NCBI GenBank assembly: GCA_024346625.1
Contig: AP024665.1
Coordinates: forward strand, 1,984,001 to 2,048,000
DNA: 64,000 nucleotides
DNA from: Williopsis jadinii
Lineage: Eukaryota
Reading direction: 5' to 3'
In this document: positions 22,371 to 32,963 of the stretch, one piece after another
Numbering within the stretch: the stretch's first letter is position 1
Layout: the number at the start of each line of letters is the position of its first letter
Made by a program: the position numbers and the translations under genes
Notes under the pieces: model-generated
The model's input: the letters and a program-made list of their open reading frames with translations, nothing else
Database searches by the model: none
Told to the model about the DNA's origin: nothing

Positions 22371-22889
22371 ATGACTCTCATGGAATCCCCTATGCAAACT
22401 TATACCCTCGGGCATAAGCATGGTGGAGCTATTTTAGGACCAACTCTACTCGTGGTGGTGTTGGCAGCTCTACTTCTAGTCGTTGAGTTTCGGCAATCTT
22501 CACCAATTAAAAAGACACAACATTCTTCAATGCTGGGACCAAACAAGTTGAAGGTCATGAGGAAGGTCTTCAAGAGTGAAAAAAATGACCTGGGTTCCAT
22601 TGCTGATCAGGCACCCACCATTCCACATTACCAAGTTGATATGTGCAGATATACGAACAGTGACTCTGTTTGGAATTTATTATCAGCTGACCCAATGCCA
22701 TCGTTGTTAGATTTTCAGTATGATGATGACGCTACAACCACTGCGTTACGATCGGCCCAAGAGAACCAGAGATTGAACAATGCCAGGGAAGGGTATGAGC
22801 CAGAAGCTAGGGTTGAATGCACCGACAAGCAAATTGACGAGTTTGTCTTGGTGGAGCCTGTTTCACCATTGGCAAGAACACACACTTAA
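22371..22889 (+). CDS. Hypothetical single-pass membrane protein
   Basis: 172-aa ATG ORF with one hydrophobic segment (GAILGPTLLVVVLAALLLVV). No family recognised. Confidence 0.4.
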   Translation: MTLMESPMQTYTLGHKHGGAILGPTLLVVVLAALLLVVEFRQSSPIKKTQHSSMLGPNKLKVMRKVFKSEKNDLGSIADQAPTIPHYQVDMCRYTNSDSVWNLLSADPMPSLLDFQYDDDATTTALRSAQENQRLNNAREGYEPEARVECTDKQIDEFVLVEPVSPLARTHT

Positions 22890-23193
22890 CAAGTGTAAGG
22901 CGTGAGCTGCACGGCACAACGGTAGAAGTCTCCTACAGGAAACATGGGTTTATGCCCGTAATACGATGCACAACACTCACCAATGTTTGATAGATGGCGG
23001 TTGTTAAGATCAGGAATAGACCAAATTCTCAGACTAGAAACAGAAGTGTAGTGTTATGAAGCGAAAACACAGATACACATTCTATACTACGTATTTTAGG
23101 GGGATATATACACATCGTTGAGACATATCTAAAACACTTGATGACCGAATACTTCAAGCTTGCTAAATAACTATCCAGAGATAGCCTAAGACC

Positions 23194-24849
23194 TCAGCTT
23201 GAGAATGTAAAATTCATTCCAAATGCCGGCTGTGCTGAATTTGAGAAGCTTGATTTGAAACCAGACTCTGTGGAATTTGAGGCGAATGAGAATGGCATTG
23301 CCGTCTTCGTAGATGCAAATACCGTAGCTGTCGTATCAAAGGAAAAGGTTGATGATGTTGTAGATTTTGTTGTGGATGTATCGGGGTGACTTATATCGGA
23401 TGTGTTGCCAAAGAGTGGAGATTTGGCGGAAGCTGATTCGGCCGATGAGGGCTCCGAGATTTGTGGTGTAGATGAGTTCTGACTGTTATTGACAAGGGTT
23501 GAGGGTGTGTCAAATGTAAAGTGTGACTGGGGAGTTGTTCTTTGTTGAGTTCTCCGTGTCGTGCGATGTTTGACCCCACTTGCATGCCTTCTTGTCGTGT
23601 TGGACTTAGCTGTACTTGGGCTGGAAACATTTGTGTTCAAGTTGGACGAATTAGGAGACTTTGAAGAATCAGAGTTGGCTGTCCAATTGAATTTAAGAGG
23701 AGAAGTCTCAGTGTATCCATTCCCCTTGTTCAAAGGACTGCCGTATTTCTGGACATATTCATTCGCTGATAGTGGCCTTGGTGAAGTTGACGATGCACTT
23801 GTAGATGTATCCTTCTTGTTGAATGTACTTGGGATTTCATCCTTTACAATGTCATCGTCCGTATCGCTATCTTCATCTTCTTCATCCACCTCATCATCAG
23901 GAACACCGTACTTTTCAGTGTAAATACTCGTCAGTTCCTCGTACTGGTCCAAAGCATCTAGTAAATTCTCATGAATCGCATCGGACTCCAAATCAAGGGC
24001 CAATGCCTTTTCAAACTGTAGTTTAGACTTTTCCATTTCTCGTTCGTATTTGAGCTTGGCCTTTGCAAAAGCATTCTCGGCAGAGTTTCTAATGAGAGTG
24101 GCTTTCTTTGCCAATCTTTCTGATTCCTCTGTAAGTTTATTACGTTCCTCAGCCATTGCTGTTGATTCATTTTGCAGCTTGGACAACTTATCAAAATACT
24201 CGGTCTTGGACAGGTGCTCATTCCCATGCTTGGCCCTTGCTTTGTACCGTTCCTGCTTAAGCAATTCCTCTTCTCTTTTCATATTTCTGATGCGTTCTTC
24301 AGCCCTGGCCTTCTCCTCTTGACGACGCTTCTCCAGCACTTCCTCTTCACGTTTTCTCTTCTCCTCTAGTTTCTTCAGTCGTTCAGCTTCTCTAATTCTC
24401 TCCTGACGGGCCTTTTCCCTGGCACGTCTCTGCTTCTCCCTCTTCACAGCAGCAGCTCTCTCAGCTTCTTTCCGTAGCTCCTCTTCCTTCTGTTCCTTCA
24501 ACCTTTGCTTCTCATCTTCCGACAGGAACTGATCCACAATCTTCTGTCTCTTCTGAATCTCTTTATCCAATGCATCTTGCGACACAGATGTTGTCTTGAA
24601 TCTGGACCTATACCATCCATGGTAGTCCTTCCTCTGAGCATTGTCTGTCAGCACTTCGTACGCTTCTTGTAGCCTTTGGAACAAGACATCTGCAGCTTTA
24701 TGACCTTTATCCGGGTGATACAGAAGTGCCAACCTTCTGTATGACTTCTTGATCTCGATCAGCTCCACGTGATAGACATTCGGTGTACAAATCTCCAGCA
24801 CAGAATAATAATTCTCCTTTGATACAAGCCACGGCTTTGTAGACACCAT
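23194..24849 (-). CDS. J-domain (DnaJ/Hsp40 class C) protein with long coiled coil and Ser/Thr-rich tail
   Basis: NYYSVLEI...IKKSYRRLALLYHPDKG...FQRLQEAYEVLTD with intact HPD, then an E/K/R-rich coiled coil. 551 aa. Confidence 0.85.
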   Translation of the reverse strand: MVSTKPWLVSKENYYSVLEICTPNVYHVELIEIKKSYRRLALLYHPDKGHKAADVLFQRLQEAYEVLTDNAQRKDYHGWYRSRFKTTSVSQDALDKEIQKRQKIVDQFLSEDEKQRLKEQKEEELRKEAERAAAVKREKQRRAREKARQERIREAERLKKLEEKRKREEEVLEKRRQEEKARAEERIRNMKREEELLKQERYKARAKHGNEHLSKTEYFDKLSKLQNESTAMAEERNKLTEESERLAKKATLIRNSAENAFAKAKLKYEREMEKSKLQFEKALALDLESDAIHENLLDALDQYEELTSIYTEKYGVPDDEVDEEDEDSDTDDDIVKDEIPSTFNKKDTSTSASSTSPRPLSANEYVQKYGSPLNKGNGYTETSPLKFNWTANSDSSKSPNSSNLNTNVSSPSTAKSNTTRRHASGVKHRTTRRTQQRTTPQSHFTFDTPSTLVNNSQNSSTPQISEPSSAESASAKSPLFGNTSDISHPDTSTTKSTTSSTFSFDTTATVFASTKTAMPFSFASNSTESGFKSSFSNSAQPAFGMNFTFSS

Positions 24850-26161
24850 CTCCTCAGTACGGTCACAACCTCTCTATACTGTTTAGGAGGGAGAGGACGA
24901 GACAGAGAGACAAAGTGAGTGTGAGTGTCTGAAACGGGCGCAATGATGATGCTGTCCCCTGGTACGATTCGCTATTGCTTATAGCACTACTGAAGCAACA
25001 GCATAATGATCAAACGATGCATTCAGTTTTAGGTGCTAATTTTCAACTGCCGCCTTCTTCCGTACGCATGCCTGTGTCTCTTAACGTATGAACGAGCCGC
25101 ATACGACGGTGTTTCATAAACTGTGAGGATTAGGGTGTGTGGCATGGAGAAAGCTTCAAGATGGTGTCACGTTGATGTGAGTTGGTTTGACAGTTGGGAT
25201 GACAGTCGGGTTGATGGCTGACGTGTTTTTGCCTCTGGGAGTAGTTGGAGCTGTAGAGGTGGGAGATTGCTGACAGGGACAGACACGCGGTGTGTGCTGG
25301 GGAGAGATGAAGAGGGAAGACTACGGTTAGAGAGGTGTCAGAAGGGCTGGGGCCAGTTTCTCGGAGTGTGTGGGTTTGCTGTTAGAAGCGTTGCTTGGAG
25401 GATATGTGGATGGTGAGAAGGAGATGGAGATGTATAGATCAGGACATATAGATCAGGACACACGTGCAACGATGCCACACCGTCAGAGAAGCGCACACAG
25501 TGTCTAGCCAATGTGTGAAGCAGTCAGCAGCCCAGCTCATCGCAGAAAACCGCACCATTATTGTCCTCCTCCTAGCACGAGAACACCATTGCGGTGCTTC
25601 CTTAGAGCTCATGCCAGACAGGACAGGCCAGACAAGACAGCCCACACATCAAACCCTCCCGTCGCTGGCGAGGCCCTGGCAAGCAGAGCAAGCCAGAGGA
25701 CACCCACTAGTCCCAGCACGAATACTCCGCTTATTTGAGGGGTGGCATGGCCCAGTTCCTCTCACCGCTCAACCTTCGCTACTGGCATCTGCCATAGGCG
25801 GAACACCCACACACACAATTGCAGCCTCTGCACGGAGACACCAACCACTTCACACCGGCTCTGGGCAACGTGAAACCATACAAATAATATTTCTCTTATC
25901 CTGTGATCAATTGTAGCACTTCACACCGTCGTGATTCCCCTCTCCTGCTGTTGGCATGTGCACCCTTCTGTTTCGCCTTTGTTCTCTGTGTGGGTTGTGC
26001 TGGTTCTCGCCCGGCTGGAGCCCCCCAGGTCAAGCCCACACGTAGAGGGCACACACAGCCAGTGGAGACTGGCGCATTTATAAAGGCGCAACCGTCTCTT
26101 TAATCAACGTGGAGTTGCTCTGTATAGTCAATCACCCTGTAACACACACACACGAAGCAGA

Positions 26162-27718
26162 ATGTCGGTATTGGAGTACACACCGCTGGATGAGATCCCG
26201 ATCAGGGTGCAAAAGCTGAGGGAGTCCTTCCACTCCCGCAAGTTCGACCCTGTTGAGGTCCGTCTACGCAACTTGAGGAAGTTGTACTATGCGATTGAGG
26301 ACAACCAGGACGTGTTGTGCCAGGCGGTTGAGAAGGATCTCAACAAGCCGGTGAACGAGACACGTGTGCTGGAGATCAACATCATCCTGGGCGACTTGCT
26401 CTTTATCATGGAGAACTTGAAGTCGTGGGCCAAGGACCGCCGGCCGGAGGCGGTTCCCTTGATGTACAAGTTCAGCGGCTCGAGAGTTGAAAGCATTCCC
26501 TTGGGCACGGTGTTGGTGATTGGGACCTTCAACTACCCGCTCAGCTTGGCCCTACAGCCGGTGATTGGAGCCATTGCCGCTGGTAACACCGTTGTGTTGA
26601 AGCAGAGCGAGCAGTCTCCGCACGTCTCAGCGGTGCTCTCTGAGATATTGGCGGACCAGATGGATAACGAGTTGGTGCAGTGCATCAACGGTGGTGTTGA
26701 AGAAACCGGGGTGCTATTGGATCAAAAGTTTGACAAGGTGTTCTACACGGGCTCAGGCACCGTTGGTAAGATCATCGCAAAGAAGTGTGCTGAGAGCTTG
26801 ACACCGTGTATTCTTGAGCTTGGTGGTAAGAGTCCAGCCTTTGTCACAGCGCAGTCCAAGAACTTGGACCTTGCTGCAAAGAGAATTGTCAATGCGAAGT
26901 TTGTCAATGCTGGTCAAACATGTGTGACCGTGGACTACTGTTTGGTTGAGGAATCAATCTACAGCGAATTCACAGAGTACCTTGTCAAGTGGACAAAGAA
27001 GTTGTATGGCGATGCTAACGCGGATAACTATACAAAGATTGTCAATGGTCGAAACGTGAAGCGTATCCTGTCTCTCTTGGACTCCACCAAGGCCACGGTC
27101 TTGTACTCTGGCGAACACAATGCTGACGAACGCTTCATCCATCCAACGTTGTTGGAGAATGTCGAATGGCACGATTCCACAATGACTGATGAGTTGTTTG
27201 CTCCAATCTTACCACTTCTCAAGTACAAGTCGTTGGAGAGTGCTATCGAATCTGTCATTAAGAACCACGATACTCCGTTGGCGTTGTATGCGTTTACTGA
27301 TTCGAAAAACGAGTCTAAGCTAATTCAACAGCGTATACGTTCTGGTGGATTCATGCAAAACGATGCTGTTATGCACGTTGGTATGCCACAGTTGCCGTTT
27401 GGTGGTATTGGAACCTCTGGTTATGGCCAATACCATGGCCATGATTCGTTCAGGGCATTCTCTCATGAGCGTGCCATCATTAAGCAACCTTGGTGGACAG
27501 AGATTTTGTTGGATGCCAGATATAGGCCAATTTCGAACTTTGATGCCACTTTGGCTAGATTTGCCACGGTTCCCTTCAAGACCTTTGCGAGGACTGGTAA
27601 GATCGTCAGTTTCAAATCCGCAGCGTTCAAAGCGGTGATTGGAATTGTTGCCATGTATGGGTTATACGTTGGTTTCACCAGTGACCGTGACGCCAAATTG
27701 ATCAACATATCCTTTTGA
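26162..27718 (+). CDS. HFD1: Fatty aldehyde dehydrogenase (ALDH3 family)
   Basis: FYTGSGTVGK, LELGGKSP, catalytic NAGQTCV, ELFAPILP, PFGGIGTSGYG and a C-terminal TM. Next to MED11 as in S. cerevisiae. Confidence 0.9.
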   Translation: MSVLEYTPLDEIPIRVQKLRESFHSRKFDPVEVRLRNLRKLYYAIEDNQDVLCQAVEKDLNKPVNETRVLEINIILGDLLFIMENLKSWAKDRRPEAVPLMYKFSGSRVESIPLGTVLVIGTFNYPLSLALQPVIGAIAAGNTVVLKQSEQSPHVSAVLSEILADQMDNELVQCINGGVEETGVLLDQKFDKVFYTGSGTVGKIIAKKCAESLTPCILELGGKSPAFVTAQSKNLDLAAKRIVNAKFVNAGQTCVTVDYCLVEESIYSEFTEYLVKWTKKLYGDANADNYTKIVNGRNVKRILSLLDSTKATVLYSGEHNADERFIHPTLLENVEWHDSTMTDELFAPILPLLKYKSLESAIESVIKNHDTPLALYAFTDSKNESKLIQQRIRSGGFMQNDAVMHVGMPQLPFGGIGTSGYGQYHGHDSFRAFSHERAIIKQPWWTEILLDARYRPISNFDATLARFATVPFKTFARTGKIVSFKSAAFKAVIGIVAMYGLYVGFTSDRDAKLINISF

Positions 27719-27763
27719 GACTGATGCTATTTAGCGTGTGCGTGTTCTGCCGCCCTTTCGCCT

Positions 27764-28206
27764 TTAGTCTAACAGCGAATCTATATGATCCAGCTCTGAT
27801 TTGAGCTTTTCCGACCCTGCCCATGTAGCCTTCTTGCTGATTGTAATTGGTGACATTGTTATGCCATTAGCATCGGTCTTTCCGATTCTCTCGTCTAATA
27901 TCTTGATTTCCTTCTTCAATCCAATGGTTGACTGTTCCAGGTTCTTGTAAAAGCCATCAATCTCCCGTGCAAACTCCTGCTTGATCTTTTCCAGTTCTTC
28001 CTTATCAGACGCATTCCTCTTCATGCTTGTCAGGCTGCTAAGTGCTAGAGAAGCATGGTTCAGAATCGATACCAACTCCTAACGGTGACGTTGTTAGCTC
28101 TCTCTCCCCATACGAACACAACGATACAGTCTCAACTCACGGTATCAACGCTGTGCAAGGAGTCCAGTCTCTCTTGTACAAATGGGTCTTGTTCCTCAGA
28201 GGCCAT
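27764..28206 (-). CDS. MED11: Mediator subunit 11; exons 28206-28141 and 28078-27764
   Basis: Exon 1 MASEEQDPFVQERLDSLHSVDT, intron GTGAGT...GCTAAC...TAG (28140-28079), exon 2 ELVSILNHASLAL joins in frame. QERLDSL is the Med11 N-terminal motif. Confidence 0.85.
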
Positions 28207-28612
28207 GGCTGAATCGAACTGATATGAATTGAACTGAATTGACTCGTGTTTAGATATCAACAACATCGACTGCGGTCTCCCTTTTGGAGAACAACACCAG
28301 CCGTAGAAATAATGGAGATTACATAAGCAAAAAGTAATGTCTGGATGTTTTGATATGTGACTGGTAGAATTCACATCCGAGCACCAGCGTGCTGAAACTT
28401 ACTTAAGCCCCATACATTGCCCTCAGTAACTCTTATACCTAACAAAAGACATGTGTCCCCAACCAATCGCACACCCAAGTCGCAAACGTTTTCGGTTCGG
28501 CGCAACACACACGCACACTCACAGGTGAAAAACTTCAACATATTCACCAACTTTTCCATCTGCTCAAGACTCAAGAGAAGAGTTTTCTTGTGATATCAAC
28601 ACAGTTTACGCA

Positions 28613-29790
28613 ATGTCTGGTAAAGAAGTTTTGGTTTTGAGAGGTACCTTGGAAGGTCACAACGGTTGGGTCACATCCCTTTCCACCAGTGATGCTCAAC
28701 CAGACCTTTTGTTGTCTGGTTCCCGTGATAAGACTTTGATCACCTGGGAATTGACCCGTGATGACCAACAATACGGTGTCCCAAAGAAGTCTCTTAAGGG
28801 TCACTCCCACATTGTTCAAGACGCTGTCATCTCCCCAGATGGTGCCTTCGCTCTCTCTGCTTCTTGGGATAGAACTTTGAGATTGTGGAACTTGAGCACT
28901 GGTGAGACCACCCAAACCTTTGTTGGTCACGAGGGTGATGTCTTGTCTGTTTCCATTGCTAAGAACTCCAGACAAATCGTCTCTGCTTCCCGTGACAAGA
29001 CTGTTAAGGTCTGGAACGTCATTGGTACCTGTATGTCCACTTTGAGAGGTCACTCCGACTGGGTCTCCTCTGTTAGATTCTCTCCAAGTGACTCTCCAGT
29101 TGTTGTTTCTGCTGGTTGGGATAAGCTTGTTAAGGTATGTTTTTTTTTCTTGAGGGAGTTAATCCTCAGTTAACTGTTTTCTTGTTACTTTTGCGTGGTT
29201 CACATGATGTTACACATATTTGCTACTTCAGACGTTGCTTGCCAGCTTCGAATGAGACATTTACCAATCACCAAGATCTCTGATGTTTTACAATTACGAC
29301 GCAAAAGTGGAGGATAACAGTCATCTCCTTCTACTTGAATGTTACTAACAGTGTTTTTCTGAAATAGTCTTGGGACTTGGACAAGTACGCTTTGACCGGT
29401 GACTACATTGGTCACACCGGTTACGTCTCCACCATCACCATCTCCCCAGATGGAACTTTGGTTGCCTCTGCTGGTAAGGACGGTTCCATCATGTTGTGGA
29501 ACTTGAAGGAGCAAAAGGCTCTTTACACCCTTGCTGCTGGTGACGAGGTCCACGCTTTGGCCTTCTCTCCAAACAGATACTGGTTGACTGCTGCCACCGC
29601 TTCTTCCATCAAGATCTTCGACTTGGAGGAGTACAAGGTTGTTGACGAGCTCAAGCCAGAGTTCGCCACATCCGGTAAGGCTAGAGACCCAGAAGCCGTC
29701 TCCATTGCTTGGTCTGCTGATGGTCAAAACTTGTTCGCTGGTTACACTGATTCTATCATCCGTGTCTGGCAAGTTATGACCTCCGCTTAA
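28613..29790 (+). CDS. ASC1: RACK1/Asc1 40S WD40 protein; exons 28613-29134 and 29368-29790
   Basis: [15 protein letters not shown] and WD repeats. Intron GTATGT (29135)...TACTAAC...TAG (29367) joins DKLVK to SWDL in frame. Confidence 0.97.
29200..29287 (+). ncRNA. SNR24: C/D box snoRNA U24 (snR24) in the ASC1 intron
   Basis: Box C-like ATGATGT (29204), guide ATATTTGCTACTT with D' CAGA, guide ATCACCAAGATCT with box D CTGA (29280-29283). U24 is known to be hosted in the ASC1 intron. Confidence 0.93.
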
Positions 29791-30399
29791 ATGTAATGTT
29801 TGGAGGGTTTTCTTTCACTTTCTGGTTTTATTTAATGACAAAAAAGTTTCTAAATCATAGTGATTGGTGTAGTTCCCGTGATGGATGCCTGTTGTAAATG
29901 AGCCAATGGAGGAAACAAGCATGGCATTGATAACTCGAGCCTTCACCGTAACTCGCAGCGTAAAAGCTACCAACGAATGAAGTGGAATCCAGGGAAGTTC
30001 ACGCACAACTAGGAGGTACCTTTAGTTCCACAAGAGGCTAATACAACCAGATCGATCTGCTTGTGATCTGTTCCATGCTTCACTGGAGAACATCACCATA
30101 GTTCCGGTCCTTTCAAACTGCGATCAAGCCTAGATCAGGGGGACGCAGATTACATACCGTTATCGAATAATTTAGTTCCAATCGCCATATAGGAAACAGT
30201 ACACACATACAATCCTGAAACATCTACAGATATATGAACGTGGCCTTTGATGTAGTTTCCTCAACGCACCGGCAATTGCAAATGCCCTTCATAAGGTTCA
30301 AAGGCTCTGCAGCGTCTGAACCTAATACCACTTTCGGCAATTGAAAGGGGAAGGTCTGGATCGTTTAGGCTGGAAGCAACTGAGGTAACTTCACATTGC

Positions 30400-30466
30400 G
30401 CTGTGGTTATCAGGCTGTGGTTATTAGGCTGTGGTTATTAGGCTGGGCTTATTAGGCTGGGCTTAT
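30400..30466. repeat. 14-bp minisatellite, about 5 copies (GCTGTGGTTATTAG / GCTGGGCTTATTAG)
   Basis: Read directly from the sequence. Confidence 0.9.
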
Positions 30467-31694
30467 CCTTCTAAGCCATCCAGCTTATTTCATAAGCCAG
30501 TTCGAAGCCCTGTTGTGCCCTTTCATTCCTCCTGCCCAGGCATCCTCCCAGTGTGAAAAGAGCTGAAACCACGGTGATATAAAACTTGGCTTAGAGACTG
30601 GGCATTTGCTTCCTTTCAAATTCCACGATGAAAGTAAAGGCTTGGGGAGAAGACACGATAACTCTCATACTTTATACCACCACTCCTCGCTGCGTGTGAT
30701 ATGTGTCCCAGCAACGACGTTCCCAACAGTCTTCCACGCGTGCCTTTGTTCTGTCACAACGTGGTTTTAGATCCTGTACCTATGACGTATTTATCCGTCC
30801 TCTGTGGGCTGTGTGTGTTTACCTACTCCTTCCCCTTCTCAACGCGTTCTTTAAACGTGCTCTTTCCATAGGAGTTTAGCCCCAGAGGTTGGCGTGGAAA
30901 CTTACAGACAATAGGCTTGCACACTGAGTGATTCCCGCAACTGTAGAAACCATTCCAGGCTGCGCCCATTCAGCAGACAAAGACTGACACATCGCCTCAT
31001 CGTCTGCGTCCACAGGTAATTCCCAAAGGCACATACCTTACGCCTTTCATGCTGTTGTTGTGCTTTCTGAAAGTGAGCCCACGCATCAGGAACAAAAGCC
31101 AATTTTGAAAGGGGGCAGATAGCGTGGTGGTGTATAGCAAATCACGCTTCAAAGGACAAGGAACTGATCACGTGGAGGGGGAGCTGAAAATATCTTCAGT
31201 GGCTCACACTGTAGAGCTGATTATGCTTGTTTGACGACACTAGGACGGGAACAACTGCTCCAATTGAAACACGTCTTCACCTGTGAGACACATCTAACAC
31301 TGCTAATTTTGCCAGACACCGGGAACAGGAGTTTCTAAAAACGCGCTTCATATAACAATTTGCAGCAGCCATGCACCTCAGACGCGCAGAGACGCAGATC
31401 GTGCATGGCCGTCTGCTTGATCTAGAACAGAGATCATATAAACAACACGGATGTAGAATACGTCACACCAGAGCTTTGAAGCCTTTTCTTCAAAGGTGCT
31501 GGAATTCTGGGTGCGAGTGTATATAAAGACGACAGCGGATCCTGTTCTTCAATCCTACAGTACAGTTTGAACTGGAACATTGATCTGTATATACACCTCT
31601 GTTTAAGAGAATTGTCCAAGGCAGCTCGTCGTCTGAACTTCACATTCTCTCCTTACAATACCCCCTCAATTCCGTTCATTTGATCAAGAATACA

Positions 31695-32843
31695 ATGAAG
31701 TTCACACTCCCGTTCATTACTGCGCTGGTGGGCATTGCTGCTGCTGCTGAGCACGAGCACGAGCACCATCAGCACGGAAAGAGAGATGCCACGACGGTTG
31801 TTGTGACACATGTCGTAACAGTGGGTGCAGATGCTGTTCCATTATCAGATGCGTCTGCTTTTGTTCAACAATCATCGAGTACTTACGTGCCATCAAGTTC
31901 GTTTGTGACGTTGACGACATTGACACCATCTTACGTCTCCTCAGCCGATGCCGTCTCAAGCGATGCCGTTTCAAGCGATGCTGTTATCTCCTCTCCAAGC
32001 TCTGTTGATGCCGCTTCTCTTTCTAGCTCAACATCAACTTCATCAGCTGCCTCTGCTTCTGCATCTTCTACAGACTCAGCTTCTGACGCAAGAGCTAAAG
32101 GTATCACTTATTCTCCTTATACAGACTCCGGGACTTGTAAGTCTGCATCAGATGTTGCCTCTGATATCGCACTCTTGACCGAGTTCGACATCATTAGACT
32201 CTACGACACCGACTGTGACTGTATCAAAAACGTCCTGGATGCAAAGACCTCATCTCAAAAGCTCTTCTTGGGTATTTACTACTTGGACAAGATTGACGCT
32301 TCTGTTCAGATAATTTCTGAGTCCATCTCTGATTGGAGCGATGTCTATACCGTCTCCGTTGGTAATGAATTGGTTAATAATGGCGAAGCAACAACAGACC
32401 AAATCAAAACCGCTGTGGACTCTGCTAGATCTGCCCTCACTAACATCGGCTACACAGGAACCGTTGTCTCCGTTGATACCCTCGTTGCTGTGCAAAACAA
32501 CCCAGTTCTTTGTGAATACTCCGACTTCATCGCTGTAAACTCCCATCCATTTTGGGATGGTAATGTGTCACCAGAAAACTCTGGTACTTGGCTTCAGACC
32601 CAAATCTCAAACATCAAGAGCATCTGTGGTGGTGTAAAGGATGTTCTCATCACTGAAACTGGCTGGCCAACTCAAGGATCTGCCTACCAATCTTGTGTTC
32701 CATCAAAGGCTAACCAAGAGTTGGCTTTGCAAAGTATTGCAGACACTGTGGCTGACCAAGTACTACTCTTCACTACATTCAACGACTTGTGGAAAGACCC
32801 AGGTTCTTATGGCGTTGAACAATACTGGGGTATCTTTGACTAG
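31695..32843 (+). CDS. SCW4: Cell-wall GH17 glucanase/glucanosyltransferase (Scw4/Scw10/MP65 type)
   Basis: Signal peptide from ATG 31695, Kex2 site HGKR, Ser-rich linker, AKGITYSPY, VSVGNELVN, ITETGWP and YGVEQYWG. Confidence 0.88.
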   Translation: MKFTLPFITALVGIAAAAEHEHEHHQHGKRDATTVVVTHVVTVGADAVPLSDASAFVQQSSSTYVPSSSFVTLTTLTPSYVSSADAVSSDAVSSDAVISSPSSVDAASLSSSTSTSSAASASASSTDSASDARAKGITYSPYTDSGTCKSASDVASDIALLTEFDIIRLYDTDCDCIKNVLDAKTSSQKLFLGIYYLDKIDASVQIISESISDWSDVYTVSVGNELVNNGEATTDQIKTAVDSARSALTNIGYTGTVVSVDTLVAVQNNPVLCEYSDFIAVNSHPFWDGNVSPENSGTWLQTQISNIKSICGGVKDVLITETGWPTQGSAYQSCVPSKANQELALQSIADTVADQVLLFTTFNDLWKDPGSYGVEQYWGIFD

Positions 32844-32963
32844 AATTGCAACCTTTATTGCATTTTTCATGTATCTTACGCAAGCTGTTTTATAAAGTAC
32901 GAATTGATTTTCTGTATAACCTTGATTATTACAAGTGTAAGAACCATAACACACGCAAGCCTC

